A stretch of DNA of 64,000 nt, taken from NCBI GenBank assembly GCA_050173015.1, contig JBFXLE010000011.1:43718-107717 (forward strand), in the 5' to 3' direction. Source of the DNA: Calditrichaceae bacterium (GTDB taxonomy: Bacteria; Calditrichota; Calditrichia; Calditrichales; JBFXGD01). Positions 38,565 to 49,402 of this stretch are shown piece after piece. Position 1 is the first letter of the stretch; the number at the start of each line of letters is the position of its first letter. The notes under the pieces were generated by a model, which had not been told where the DNA came from, made no database searches, and worked only from the letters and a program-made list of their open reading frames with translations. The translations under genes and the position numbers were made by a program.

Positions 38565-39764
38565 TTAACCTTTAGACTTTACGTCTTGGTAGACTTTAAT
38601 TAAGTTTTTTTCTATTTTTTCCCACCGATACTCTGACTTAATAGCATCAAAGGAGTTTTTTCCCATTTGCACCGCTATATCAGGGTTTTGATACAGGTGA
38701 TAGATTTTATCTGCCAGATCAACCTCATTGGAAGGCTCGTGAATCAATCCACATCCTAATTCTTCTATCAGATTGGCCTGGGCCTCACAATTACTCACGA
38801 TTATGGGTTTTGAGAAGGCCATATATTGAAAAAGTTTGTTGGCGTATGTAGTCTCATGATGTCTGTTTTTTAATAATGGTGAAATGCATACATTACTTGC
38901 TTTTATATAAGAAGGGAATAATTTCATATCCTTCCACCCTACTAAGTCAATCTGTTTTTCTAAATGTAAATCAGCGGTCAAAGTTTTTAAATAGTTGTCA
39001 TCACGGCTATTTCCAACAATGACTAATTTGATATTTTTTATTTTGTGTTTCAAAAGGTTTATAGATTTTATTGCCGATTCTAATCCCCTTCTTACGCCCG
39101 TAGAACCTAAATATAATATGACAAAGTTATATTCGTACTTTTTGGTGATATCCGAATAGACCGGATAACTTAAAAACTTATTTAGTCGTACAGAATTAGG
39201 TACAACATATATGTCATTTTTCCGTTTTTTGCTCTTCTTAAGAATGTCCTTTTTTGCCTCGGCTGTAACAACAATAATTTTATCTACGCGTTCAATAAAA
39301 AAAAACTGTTTTTCCACCCATTTATCAAGGTTAATCAATATATTTCCGGGAAAACTCCTGACGTGAGAATATAATTTCATAATCTCTGGACGATTTTCGT
39401 GTAAATCCAATATGATGGGGATGGTATCATTTTTCCATAATTTTAAAATAGGCTCAATTGCTACCATATCGTGAACGTGAATTACATCGATTGAAACCGT
39501 TTTAAAAAACTGTTGAAGTTTTTTTCTTAATAATTGGTGATAAAATGGTACGGTGTAGGCAAGAGGTGATAACTTCTCATGGAGTAACTTACTGAATTTA
39601 TAGCGATAGACGTTTATATTGTTTATCAATTCAAATGAAGCTTTATTATCAAAATCAAGACAGAACAAGTGCACTTCATGCCCGGCATTTATCAGTGATA
39701 TGGCCTCGTTCTCAACCCGGTTATCAGGCGGGAATTCCTGATCGAGGATCATAGCAATTTTCAA
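38565..39764 (-). CDS. Glycosyltransferase family 4
   Basis: FPPDNRVENEA, HVHD, NKLFQYMA; TTG at 39764 follows GAGGAG. Confidence 0.9.
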   Translation of the reverse strand: MKIAMILDQEFPPDNRVENEAISLINAGHEVHLFCLDFDNKASFELINNINVYRYKFSKLLHEKLSPLAYTVPFYHQLLRKKLQQFFKTVSIDVIHVHDMVAIEPILKLWKNDTIPIILDLHENRPEIMKLYSHVRSFPGNILINLDKWVEKQFFFIERVDKIIVVTAEAKKDILKKSKKRKNDIYVVPNSVRLNKFLSYPVYSDITKKYEYNFVILYLGSTGVRRGLESAIKSINLLKHKIKNIKLVIVGNSRDDNYLKTLTADLHLEKQIDLVGWKDMKLFPSYIKASNVCISPLLKNRHHETTYANKLFQYMAFSKPIIVSNCEAQANLIEELGCGLIHEPSNEVDLADKIYHLYQNPDIAVQMGKNSFDAIKSEYRWEKIEKNLIKVYQDVKSKG

Positions 39765-39824
39765 AATTTCTCCTCTTAACAAAAAATTTTCATTATTTTT
39801 AAATGAAAACAACTTTTCTGAAAA

Positions 39825-41759
39825 CTAAAGGTAATAAGTTTCCAGATCAAAAGCCTTGTCTTTAAATTTATCAGACTGAATAAACATCTTTTCCCAGATC
39901 GCGATTCCAAGGACAATCCATAGGTAATTATAATGCCATCTGAGTCTTGGATGAGGGGGATAATCCATTATGCGCCGCAAATACGCATAATTAAAAATAC
40001 CCTGTTCATCTATAAATTCTTTTGTCAAAATCTTCTCGGCGATCAGCTTTAAATCCTTCTTAAACTGAAGATAAGGATTGACCGTAAATCCCCATTTCTT
40101 CTTTTGGAGAATCTCATCCGGAAGGCGGGAGCGCATTGCTTCCCTGAACAGGTGTTTTGTGACATTTCTCCGGATTTTCATTTCTCCGGGGACCGTGTAC
40201 ATAAACTCAACCAGATCCTTGTCAAGAAACGGCACACGCAATTCAACTGAATGGGCCATTGACATTCTGTCATCAACCAGTAGATAATCATTCACCATTT
40301 TTGAATGAAATTCAGCGTAGGCGACCCGGTCAATGGGTGATAGATTCCCATTCGGCGCGAACAATTGGTCAAAATATTGATGAACTGGTTTTAATTTTGT
40401 CGATAAGAAATCAGGTTGATAAATTTCATGATAGAAGCCCGAATCATATTCCCACACGTTCCGGATAATTAAATAAAACTTTTGCAAATTACCCGTGGAC
40501 AACAACATTTGGAGCCCGCGCCTATATTCATCAAAACGCAGGGTTCCTGATTTGTTCTGAAGCATGAAGAGTAATTGACTGAATGGCTCAAGAAAGGTTT
40601 TTTGAAAACCGGGTGAAAGTTTTTTTAATAATGCTCCTGCCGAATTGATATATTTATAGATATCGTATCCGATAAACAGCTCATCTCCCCCAAGCCCTCC
40701 GAGAATGACTTTATATTCCGGTGAAACAAATCGCGACATATTAAATCCCTGCAGGAGATTTATTTTCGGTTCCTCCGCGTGCCAGATTACCTCAGGAAAT
40801 TGTCTGAGAGGATCAAAGGCCAGTGAGGTTGTATAATGATTCGTATCAAAATGTTTTGCAATTTTTTCAGCGTCCGGGAACTCATCTGTGTCTTCATTAA
40901 ACCCAAGGGTAAATGTATTGATTTCAGGGACATTAAGCTCATGCATCATGGCCACAATGGCAGATGAATCCATGCCGCCGGAGAGATAGACACCTATGGG
41001 AACATCACTTAACAGCTGTTTGCGAATGGCCTCCCTGAGATGAGAATGAATACTCTCAATTACATCCCTTTCGGAAAGTCCGTAATCCGGATTCATCGGC
41101 AGAGTATAATATGGTTTAATACTTATCTTATTATTTTCATAAATTAAGAAGTGGGCGGGAGGAACACGGAAAATGTCCTTGAATAGCGTCTCATCTCCCT
41201 GTGTATATCTTAAATTTATCTGGCTGTGAAGCGCGTCATAATTAATACCGCGTTTGACATCCGGATGAAGAAGGATTGATTTCTGTTCTGATGAGAAAAT
41301 AAATTTATTGTCTTTGCGCCAATAATGAAGAGGTTTAACACCAAAATGATCTCTGACCAGAATTAATCTTTTTTTCTTCACATCATAAAGCGCAAATGCA
41401 AAAATACCGTTTAGATCCTTTATAAAATCCAACCCGTATTCTTCATAACAGTGAACCAGCGTTTCAGTGTCGCTCGTGGTTAAAAATTTATGTCCTTTTT
41501 CTATGAGCCGGTCTTTGATTGATTGAAAATTATAGATTTCTCCGTTAAATACAATGACAACTGATTTATCTTCATTAAATATCGGCTGGTCACCGGTATT
41601 CAGATCGATAATTGATAAGCGCCGGTGTCCGAGTGTGACAGCTCCATTATTGTAATAGCCGGAATTGTCGGGACCGCGATGCGCCATCATATCGCACATA
41701 TCGGTTATCAGCTGCCTGTTATCTTTACCGTTCTCAATGATTCCGCAGATTCCGCACAT
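39825..41759 (-). CDS. asnB: Asparagine-synthase-like glutamine amidotransferase (glycan-associated)
   Basis: MCGICG, HRGPD, FNGEIYN, LSGGMDSS, GGDELF, ELRVPFLD. Confidence 0.92.
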   Translation of the reverse strand: MCGICGIIENGKDNRQLITDMCDMMAHRGPDNSGYYNNGAVTLGHRRLSIIDLNTGDQPIFNEDKSVVIVFNGEIYNFQSIKDRLIEKGHKFLTTSDTETLVHCYEEYGLDFIKDLNGIFAFALYDVKKKRLILVRDHFGVKPLHYWRKDNKFIFSSEQKSILLHPDVKRGINYDALHSQINLRYTQGDETLFKDIFRVPPAHFLIYENNKISIKPYYTLPMNPDYGLSERDVIESIHSHLREAIRKQLLSDVPIGVYLSGGMDSSAIVAMMHELNVPEINTFTLGFNEDTDEFPDAEKIAKHFDTNHYTTSLAFDPLRQFPEVIWHAEEPKINLLQGFNMSRFVSPEYKVILGGLGGDELFIGYDIYKYINSAGALLKKLSPGFQKTFLEPFSQLLFMLQNKSGTLRFDEYRRGLQMLLSTGNLQKFYLIIRNVWEYDSGFYHEIYQPDFLSTKLKPVHQYFDQLFAPNGNLSPIDRVAYAEFHSKMVNDYLLVDDRMSMAHSVELRVPFLDKDLVEFMYTVPGEMKIRRNVTKHLFREAMRSRLPDEILQKKKWGFTVNPYLQFKKDLKLIAEKILTKEFIDEQGIFNYAYLRRIMDYPPHPRLRWHYNYLWIVLGIAIWEKMFIQSDKFKDKAFDLETYYL

Positions 41760-41762
41760 GGG

Positions 41763-42767
41763 TTAAATCCGGTTTAGTTTTTTTAAAGCTTTAAATTTTA
41801 CGGGATACATTCTTGCAATATTATAAATACGATCATATTTTTCAATTTTAAATTGAAATTGACTTAAAAAATCATTTTCCGAGAGTCTGGATAGTATTTT
41901 TAGTTGAGTATTTATTAAACGAAGATATCCAATGGTACATGGATCGGTCTCGGGATAATGATCCATCCTGCAAAGATTAAATCTCAGCCAATATTTCATG
42001 TCAAATTCGGGCAGCCAGTGGGTTAAGCTCTCTATCCCGGCGTTGAAAAGGTTTTTCGCTAACAAATGTGATTCGGCGTCACTTGATTCGGGCACAGCTC
42101 TTACAAAATCATACAGGCCGAAAAGGGAAAAGAGATGTCCGTCCAGCACCATGGTCGGTTCGTCGGCAACATACTCCTCATAAAATGGAAAACCATTTCT
42201 TAGATTCGCCGATACACCGCCGTCGCGAATATCGACAGTGAAGGGAATCAGGGCTTTTTTACAAACGTCGAAATATTCTTTTCGACCGGTCATTTGCCAG
42301 GCCCGGAGCAGGATCGATAAACCGCGGCTCTGGGCGAAGGCCGATTTCCAGGGGCGGGATATTTTGTATTCAGGTTTTGGGATATCCGTCAGCCAGTAAC
42401 TTCCCAGTTTAGAATCATCTACGCGGTTCTCATAAAACCAGTCTGCTAGTCTCAGGAAATATTGTTTTTTATCGATGCTATTTGATTTTTTAAACGAGGC
42501 AAACACAGCCAAACCGTACTGGCCTATTGAAATCGGATAATAATGGAGCCGGGGCTCCTCAACATCAATATAAGATGAGTTCAAAGGAATTCCGTTATCA
42601 TCAAATGTCGAAATAAGCCGGTTCAGGCGGGCCGGATCTTCATCAAATATTAAATAATATTCTCCCAAATCCTCCGAGTGTAATTTTTCTGAAATGGCAA
42701 AGGAATTCCGGTTGGTGATATCGGTCTTTAGTTTTTTAATCATGAACAGGATTTTTTTTATATTCAA
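41763..42767 (-). CDS. D-glucuronyl C5-epimerase family protein
   Basis: PISIGQYGL, WKSAFAQSRGLSILLRA, FYEEY, VLDGHLFSLFGLYD. Confidence 0.85.
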   Translation of the reverse strand: MNIKKILFMIKKLKTDITNRNSFAISEKLHSEDLGEYYLIFDEDPARLNRLISTFDDNGIPLNSSYIDVEEPRLHYYPISIGQYGLAVFASFKKSNSIDKKQYFLRLADWFYENRVDDSKLGSYWLTDIPKPEYKISRPWKSAFAQSRGLSILLRAWQMTGRKEYFDVCKKALIPFTVDIRDGGVSANLRNGFPFYEEYVADEPTMVLDGHLFSLFGLYDFVRAVPESSDAESHLLAKNLFNAGIESLTHWLPEFDMKYWLRFNLCRMDHYPETDPCTIGYLRLINTQLKILSRLSENDFLSQFQFKIEKYDRIYNIARMYPVKFKALKKLNRI

Positions 42768-44050
42768 TGAGAATCTCCCGCAAGAATCTCAGCTAATTTC
42801 TTTGACAATTCTTTTCTGGAGTACTTGCTTGTCTCTGTCTTGTCTGCTTTATTCCACCGGTCGTTTTTCCAGTTTTGGAAATATGATAACAGCGTATCAT
42901 TAAGCGATTGATTATGTGCGTACATTTTCCCGCTTCCGGTCTGTTCCAGAATCATCGCTGCGTCACCATCAACGGGCCCTATTCCCAGAATATAATTTCC
43001 GGAGGCCATATACTCAAAAATTTTGCCTGTTACGATTCCCCTGTTCTCCGGAATATCCGGAATAACGAGTAACAGTAGGTCCGAATCGATCATCTGAACG
43101 AGCATCTTATCATGAGAAATATAAGGATTGAAATTAATATATGATTCTAAATTATATTCCTTGACGGTCATCTCGATTGTTTTATGGACACTGCCGAAGA
43201 ATGTAATTTCCATCTTGTTAAGAATAGCCGGATCAAAGCTTGTAAGTGATTTAAAAAAAGCGTGAATATTCTGGTCCTTTCCCAAATGGCCAAAATATTT
43301 TATTCTGAACTTACGGCTTTGTTTTTTCTCCACATTACCAAAATCATCCGGATCGTATCCATTGGAAATTAAATGATAGTTATTATTTGCTTTATGGCTG
43401 AAAAGGCTGATTAAAGATGGACTGATTGTTACAATTTCGTCAGCCGCGCCGAGAGTTTCTTTCTCCATTTTAAGGTCACGGTTCCGGGCATAGTTTGTGC
43501 GTGTAAGATCACTTTGCCAGAACGCGTCCACCCACGGATCTCTGTAATCGGCGATCCACCTTAGTCCTGATTTTTTGGCCAGGCGCCGTGCGATTAGCTG
43601 AACGGAGTGCGGCGGAGAGGATGACAAAATGACATCAATGTTTTCATTCTCTATAATTTTCATCCCGGTTCTTACGGCAAATGGAATCCAGCCTATTTTG
43701 GCATCCGGGATAAATACATTAGAGCGAATCCAGCGGGAGATTCGTTCCTTAATATTTTCATCGTGTTTTTTGTTCAATACAAACGTTGGAAGTTTCTCGT
43801 TTTTTTTCCTTCCGGTAAATCTTTTGTAAAGCGTAACCGGTTCCAGACTGCTGGTTTTATATACCTTACAACCTTCCGGAATGTCTTTGAGCAGGCTCTC
43901 ATCAATAGCAGGATATTCACCGCTCTCTACCGTCAGTATCACCGGTTGCCAGCCGAACTCCGGAAGATATTTCGCGAATTTTAATACCCGCTGAACCCCG
44001 GGTCCGCCTGCCGGCGGCCAGTAATAGGTAATGATCAGGACTTTTTTCAT
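42764..44050 (-). CDS. Glycosyltransferase family 4
   Basis: YYWPPAGGPGVQR, DYRDPW, GKIFEY. Confidence 0.92.
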   Translation of the reverse strand: MKKVLIITYYWPPAGGPGVQRVLKFAKYLPEFGWQPVILTVESGEYPAIDESLLKDIPEGCKVYKTSSLEPVTLYKRFTGRKKNEKLPTFVLNKKHDENIKERISRWIRSNVFIPDAKIGWIPFAVRTGMKIIENENIDVILSSSPPHSVQLIARRLAKKSGLRWIADYRDPWVDAFWQSDLTRTNYARNRDLKMEKETLGAADEIVTISPSLISLFSHKANNNYHLISNGYDPDDFGNVEKKQSRKFRIKYFGHLGKDQNIHAFFKSLTSFDPAILNKMEITFFGSVHKTIEMTVKEYNLESYINFNPYISHDKMLVQMIDSDLLLLVIPDIPENRGIVTGKIFEYMASGNYILGIGPVDGDAAMILEQTGSGKMYAHNQSLNDTLLSYFQNWKNDRWNKADKTETSKYSRKELSKKLAEILAGDSH

Positions 44051-44060
44051 TTTTTTTATA

Positions 44061-46547
44061 TTATTTCTTTCCTGATTTACTTTTGTATTGGAACGCCAGA
44101 GACAAAAGAATCGTCAGATATAAGATTCCAACAGAAAAGGAAGCCATTTTGACATACCGGTGATACGAATCGGGTTCGAACCGCAAATCAACGCTGTGAT
44201 TTCCTTTTTCTACGATGATTGACTGAATGGCATGATCCGTTTTATAAATCTGTTTTACCGGCTGGTCATCAATCAATACTTTCCAGCCCGGAGGGTAATA
44301 CAATTCGGAAATCACTAATAGAGAAGTTTTGTCGGTGAATACATCAAGCCGGACATGGTTGGGATTAAACTCGGTTACCCTGCTGAAACTGCTGTCAGGC
44401 ATCGAGATATCCGTAGATATGCTTTCTTCAAGTAACGCGGTAACCGCGGGATCAAAATCCGGACTGTTCAAACGCTGCAGACGCGTGTATTCATCATCAA
44501 CGACTTCCGCTGATTCAACAAAAAAAGCCCTTGGCAGCCTGGAATTATAAATATATGTAAATAATTTATTTGTATCATCTTTGTTTACCAGGGTCAGTTC
44601 CGGATGTGACAGCATCCCTTCCAAAATAACATATTTGACATTCAGGATTTTTAATATATTCCAGTTCAGGGGAAAATCGGGTTCCCAGCCTTTGTAAAGA
44701 TTGTTTTCGATTATTTCTTCGATAGTGTACATCTTGATGGGACTGTATCCACCGATAGTCTGGTGATAATAGGCCCACCGGTTGTCGCCAAATTGTTTGC
44801 CAACCGGAAGAATCCGGGCAATTTCTTTGTCATTATTCAGAAACCTGTCGGTCGCGGTTTCCGCAAAATAAGTTCTTTCAATTTTATCAATATCCATATA
44901 ATCTTTATGAACCCGCTCCTGGATATTGAGTAAATCCAGAGCCATAAGGATCGTGAACAAAATGCCGAGAACAGGAAACGAAATTTTACTTTTCAAATAA
45001 CCAATGATCAGACCCGCGCCGAATAATAAGAGAATCATATATCTAATCAGATCCTGTGTAAAAAATTCCTTTCTGATGGATGTTATCATGGCCAGGATTT
45101 GCGGTTCGTATGTCTCACCGGGTTTAACAAAACTCATCATCTGACCGGCGAGCCACATTACGATGCCGAGACCAAAAAATCCGCCAAGAATCAACAATAA
45201 ATTTTTATGTTTTTTTAGATTATCACCAGTAATATCTATTTCGGATAAATACTTTAATCCAAAGGCGGCGAGAAAACTCATTATGAACATAGTTACTGTA
45301 ACACTCATCATCGGGGCGCGAAATTTATTAAAAAACGGGACATCATAGTAGAAGATACTGTAAAAGGACTGGAAATGCCGCCCGAAAGAAAGCAGCACAA
45401 GAAACAGAGCAAAAAATGAAAGACTCACAATCATCCGGTTTTTCCTGTAGGCGAATAATCCAAGGAAAGCGAGCAAAATGCTTAGTACCCCCATATACTC
45501 GTAACTCTGGGTGAACGGCATAGAACCCCAATAGCCCGGGACCGTTCGATTACGTAATTGCGGTACGGCGTTGCCTGTATATTGCTCACCCGACATACCA
45601 CCATAAAATCTCGGTACAATCCAGGTGAGAATTTCAGAAGGTTGGGTTGACCACTGTGTGGCATATTCCAGGGTGACGCCATCTGAATTTGATTTTTTTG
45701 TTGTTTCATTGAGCGAAATCGTTGTTTTCCCGCGTTTTGAATATGGAAGATATTCTCTGGCCAAAAACAACGGCTGCGCGGACATGGTAATGCTCAGTAC
45801 GATTGCGGCGGTCAATAGACCGGCAGATTTCAGGAAAAGAGTATATTTCTTTTCCATTATATCCTTTATAAAGGGATAGATGCCAATCGCAAAAACCATA
45901 AGGCCGGTATAAAATACAATCTGATAGTGTTGTGTGCGTATCTGAGTACCAAACGCGAGGGCAAACAAAGCAGCCGAAAGAAAATTTCTTTTATCCAGAA
46001 AATGCAGAAAAGTTAAGGTCACCCAGGGAAGTAACATGAGCGCTCTGAACTTTGTGAAATGGCCTTCGAGATAAAGCGATTTATAATGCGGCATGAGAAT
46101 AAAAATTAATGTGGCGGCAAGACTGATCAGGGGGGACATTTTCAGATACCTGAAAAGCAGATATGACCCCAGCGCCGCGAATAAGTAATATATAAATACG
46201 GTGTTAAAAATTCTGCTGAGTATGTTCAGGAGATTGTCAACCGAAAACGCGACAGGATTGGAACGGTGATACGTCGGCATTCCTGAAAAAATAAAAGGAT
46301 TCCATAATGCCTTCTCGCCGGTTTTTTCGGCAAATTCGGTTAATTGATGGGTTTGACCAACGGAAGCGATGACATCCACGCCCTGAGGACTCAGACCGTC
46401 TATCACAAGCGGTTTTAACATAAATATCAGAAAAATAGTGATCAGAACAGTAAATAAAATGTCCTGGTTCCGGTCAGACAATTTAAATCTTTTGTTTGCC
46501 TTTTTAGCGAGAGGTGGCTGTTTTTGTTTTTTTCTTCCCTTAGCCAT
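44061..46547 (-). CDS. YfhO-family polytopic membrane glycosyltransferase (GT-C-like)
   Basis: LWNPFIFSGMP, HYQIVFY, PFFNKFRAP, SELYYPPGW. Confidence 0.88.
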   Translation of the reverse strand: MAKGRKKQKQPPLAKKANKRFKLSDRNQDILFTVLITIFLIFMLKPLVIDGLSPQGVDVIASVGQTHQLTEFAEKTGEKALWNPFIFSGMPTYHRSNPVAFSVDNLLNILSRIFNTVFIYYLFAALGSYLLFRYLKMSPLISLAATLIFILMPHYKSLYLEGHFTKFRALMLLPWVTLTFLHFLDKRNFLSAALFALAFGTQIRTQHYQIVFYTGLMVFAIGIYPFIKDIMEKKYTLFLKSAGLLTAAIVLSITMSAQPLFLAREYLPYSKRGKTTISLNETTKKSNSDGVTLEYATQWSTQPSEILTWIVPRFYGGMSGEQYTGNAVPQLRNRTVPGYWGSMPFTQSYEYMGVLSILLAFLGLFAYRKNRMIVSLSFFALFLVLLSFGRHFQSFYSIFYYDVPFFNKFRAPMMSVTVTMFIMSFLAAFGLKYLSEIDITGDNLKKHKNLLLILGGFFGLGIVMWLAGQMMSFVKPGETYEPQILAMITSIRKEFFTQDLIRYMILLLFGAGLIIGYLKSKISFPVLGILFTILMALDLLNIQERVHKDYMDIDKIERTYFAETATDRFLNNDKEIARILPVGKQFGDNRWAYYHQTIGGYSPIKMYTIEEIIENNLYKGWEPDFPLNWNILKILNVKYVILEGMLSHPELTLVNKDDTNKLFTYIYNSRLPRAFFVESAEVVDDEYTRLQRLNSPDFDPAVTALLEESISTDISMPDSSFSRVTEFNPNHVRLDVFTDKTSLLVISELYYPPGWKVLIDDQPVKQIYKTDHAIQSIIVEKGNHSVDLRFEPDSYHRYVKMASFSVGILYLTILLSLAFQYKSKSGKK

Positions 46548-46616
46548 AAAATCTCCTTGTCTGGAATTTAATTTTGCCGGAGGTGATAATTTCTGATCTA
46601 AATTAACAAATGCAGG

Positions 46617-47660
46617 TCATTTGTAATAATTTTTTTTGAATCCGGTTTTTTCTTCTTTCCCGAACCAAACGCGGCGGATATAATTATAGATAAATCCAAG
46701 TCCATATCCGTAAATCTGAGCCGGCATGACCAGCGGTAAAAGAAACACGGGAGCAAGCGAACGATATTTACGCGCCGCGTCGATCATCGAAAAAAGAAGA
46801 ATGAGCGCGCCAGAAAAAACACCCGCCACTAAAAATAATCTTGAAATCAGCAAGAAGGGGGCGCTGATCAAAACCAAAGCCGATATAAAAGTGCCGGCGG
46901 CCGGTAAAGCGTGGAGCGGCTCCAGCATCGTTGCGTCTATTTTATATAAATTAATCCGGGCGACACCCCAATTGAAAACCTGTCTGTAAAAACGGCGGAG
47001 ATTCGTGCGCCGTTTGTGGTACACGGGCGCGTCTTCGATGAAAACCACCTTCGCTCCGCTTTTGATGATCCGATGACTGAATTCGATATCCTGCCCATGT
47101 CTTAATGATCCAAATCCGCCTATTTTGTCCCACAACAGAGGGCTGATCCCCATATTAAATGACCTGGGATAAAATTTCGCCAGTTTTTTACCCTTTCGCC
47201 CCCGAAGACCGCCTGTGGTGATAAACGAAGTCATAGAATAATCGATCGCTTTAAGCAATGCCGGGAAATCATCACGATAAGTGTCGGGTCCGCCAAAAGC
47301 ATCAGCATTCTCGCTATTAACAATTTCAGCGATATTCTTAAGCCAGCTGTCCGGAACAGTCACATCAGAATCAATAAATATAAAGAAATCGCCTTTGGCG
47401 TTTTTAACAGCCAAATTTCTCGCGGCTCCGGGGCCCTGATTTTTCTGGCTGACGTATTTAAGTGAATAAGCCGTGTTCCGCGTAAAGGAATCAACAATTT
47501 CCCGTGTGCGGTCGGTAGAACCGTCATCAGCAATAATTAATTCGAATTGATCCGGGGAAAAGTCAATATGCCTGAATGATTCGAGCAATTCAAAAATCTC
47601 ATCAGCGCGATTATACGAAGGAATAAGAACAGAGAAAAATCGGTAAGGTGTATCAGCCAT
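46617..47660 (-). CDS. Glycosyltransferase family 2
   Basis: SVLIPSYN, DDGSTD, FIDSD, GQD. Confidence 0.92.
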   Translation of the reverse strand: MADTPYRFFSVLIPSYNRADEIFELLESFRHIDFSPDQFELIIADDGSTDRTREIVDSFTRNTAYSLKYVSQKNQGPGAARNLAVKNAKGDFFIFIDSDVTVPDSWLKNIAEIVNSENADAFGGPDTYRDDFPALLKAIDYSMTSFITTGGLRGRKGKKLAKFYPRSFNMGISPLLWDKIGGFGSLRHGQDIEFSHRIIKSGAKVVFIEDAPVYHKRRTNLRRFYRQVFNWGVARINLYKIDATMLEPLHALPAAGTFISALVLISAPFLLISRLFLVAGVFSGALILLFSMIDAARKYRSLAPVFLLPLVMPAQIYGYGLGFIYNYIRRVWFGKEEKTGFKKNYYK

Positions 47661-47684
47661 GAAAGTGTTATCTCGGTTAGAAGG

Positions 47685-48608
47685 TTAGTTTATCTCCTGT
47701 TTGATAGAATAGTCGATGGAGTCGTCCCGCGTGCTGGTCAGCATCTCACCTATCAGCCCTAAAGAAAACGACTGGACACCCACAATCAACATCAAAACAC
47801 CAAGGAACAAGAGCGGTCGCTGACCGATACTGTTTCCCTGAAACCAAAGAATGGTCAGATACAATGAGATTAATAAGCCGATGAACATTGAGACAAGTCC
47901 GAAAAAACCAAACAAATGCAGTGGTTTTTGCCGGAAACGGGTAATAAACATAACCGTAAGCAGATCAAAAAAACCGTTAAAAAACCGGCTGATTCCAAAT
48001 TTGGTTTTTCCAAATTTTCTGGCGTGATGGGTGACGATGATTTCTCCGACCCGGAATCCCTGCCAATGAGCGAGAACGGGTAAATACCGGTGAAGCTCAC
48101 CATATACAGGAATCGATTTTATGACATCGTTACGGTACGCTTTCAGGCCGCAGTTAAAATCATGGATTTTTATCCCGGTAATTAGCCGTGTAGTTGCATT
48201 AAATAATTTTGACGGGATCGTTTTGGTGATCGGATCATGTCGCCTTTTTTTCCATCCGGAGACAAGATCAAGCCCGTTCTCAATTTTTTCAATAAGTTTT
48301 GGAATCTCGGCCGGATCATCCTGAAGGTCCGCATCCATCGTGATCACAATTTCACCGTTGGCCCTTTTAAATCCTTCGGAGAGCGCGGCGCTTTTTCCGT
48401 AATTTTTCCGGAACCGGATAATTCTGATTTCAGGATACCCTTTTTTTAATTTCATCAGCTCCTCAAATGAACCGTCGGAGCTGCCGTCATCAATAAATAT
48501 AATCTCAAATTTTTTAGCCAGGCTATTGATCTGGGAGACAATTCCTTCAGTCAGCAATGCTAATGAATCTACTTCGTTATATAAGGGTATGACGATCGAT
48601 AAATCCAT
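47685..48608 (-). CDS. GT2 polyprenyl-phosphate glycosyltransferase (DPM1/ArnC/GtrB-like)
   Basis: DDGSSD, NYGKSAAL, MDADLQDDP, two C-terminal TM helices. Confidence 0.92.
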   Translation of the reverse strand: MDLSIVIPLYNEVDSLALLTEGIVSQINSLAKKFEIIFIDDGSSDGSFEELMKLKKGYPEIRIIRFRKNYGKSAALSEGFKRANGEIVITMDADLQDDPAEIPKLIEKIENGLDLVSGWKKRRHDPITKTIPSKLFNATTRLITGIKIHDFNCGLKAYRNDVIKSIPVYGELHRYLPVLAHWQGFRVGEIIVTHHARKFGKTKFGISRFFNGFFDLLTVMFITRFRQKPLHLFGFFGLVSMFIGLLISLYLTILWFQGNSIGQRPLLFLGVLMLIVGVQSFSLGLIGEMLTSTRDDSIDYSIKQEIN

Positions 48609-48625
48609 ATAAATTCCCGGTTTCC

Positions 48626-49402
48626 TTAGTTCTCAAGTGAAAGGTCTATCTGACTGGCATTATCAGATATTTTAATGTCAAACAGTTTATGATCAACAGG
48701 TTTGTTGATGTCAAGACTGGAAAAATAAATAGATATCCCCTGTTTTTCATCCGGTCTTACAAAGTTAATTGCCATTGGAAAATAAGTATTGTTTATTCTG
48801 TTGAATTTATCATATTCTTTATAATATATAAGTTGTCCTTCCTGGAAAAACTCAACTCTCCTGATCAGATTGGTTTTGGCGTCGAACCAAATATGGTAAG
48901 TCGCTTCGCCATTGGCCGCCTCCAGATAGTAGGCATTGTCGCGAATTTCAAACAGTTTCTTTTCAAGAACGTCAAATTTATCCTGCGCGACAAATACAGA
49001 CTGTAATTCAGTGATCTCGAGCGGAAATTGTAAAAAATTACGCCCTTCAAAGTCAATTTTCGAACCGGTATAAAATTGGTTCATTACCTGATTATAAAAA
49101 ACAAATCGATTTTTAGCCAGAAAAACTTTTCCTAGATTCATCCCGAACGGCCCGGTTACGGCGATCAGAAGCGAATCACTTCCGGTCTGCGCTATACGCG
49201 CGGAAAAATTACCCGAATACTGAGGAGAATCCAGAGTGATGCGTGTTTCTCCCGATAAAGAGGTAATTGAATTTTGCCAGGCGACATTGTTCTGCAGTAA
49301 TTCTCTGTATGTAATTTTATTAAGATCCGGTTTTATATTGGTTTGAACTGAGGAACATCCAACGGCGAATATGGTAACCGTTAATATTAAAAATTTATAC
49401 AT
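48626..49402 (-). CDS. DUF4292/LolB-like lipoprotein
   Basis: Lipobox AVG-C; beta-rich LolA/LolB-like pattern; directly follows a TPR lipoprotein. Confidence 0.7.
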   Translation of the reverse strand: MYKFLILTVTIFAVGCSSVQTNIKPDLNKITYRELLQNNVAWQNSITSLSGETRITLDSPQYSGNFSARIAQTGSDSLLIAVTGPFGMNLGKVFLAKNRFVFYNQVMNQFYTGSKIDFEGRNFLQFPLEITELQSVFVAQDKFDVLEKKLFEIRDNAYYLEAANGEATYHIWFDAKTNLIRRVEFFQEGQLIYYKEYDKFNRINNTYFPMAINFVRPDEKQGISIYFSSLDINKPVDHKLFDIKISDNASQIDLSLEN

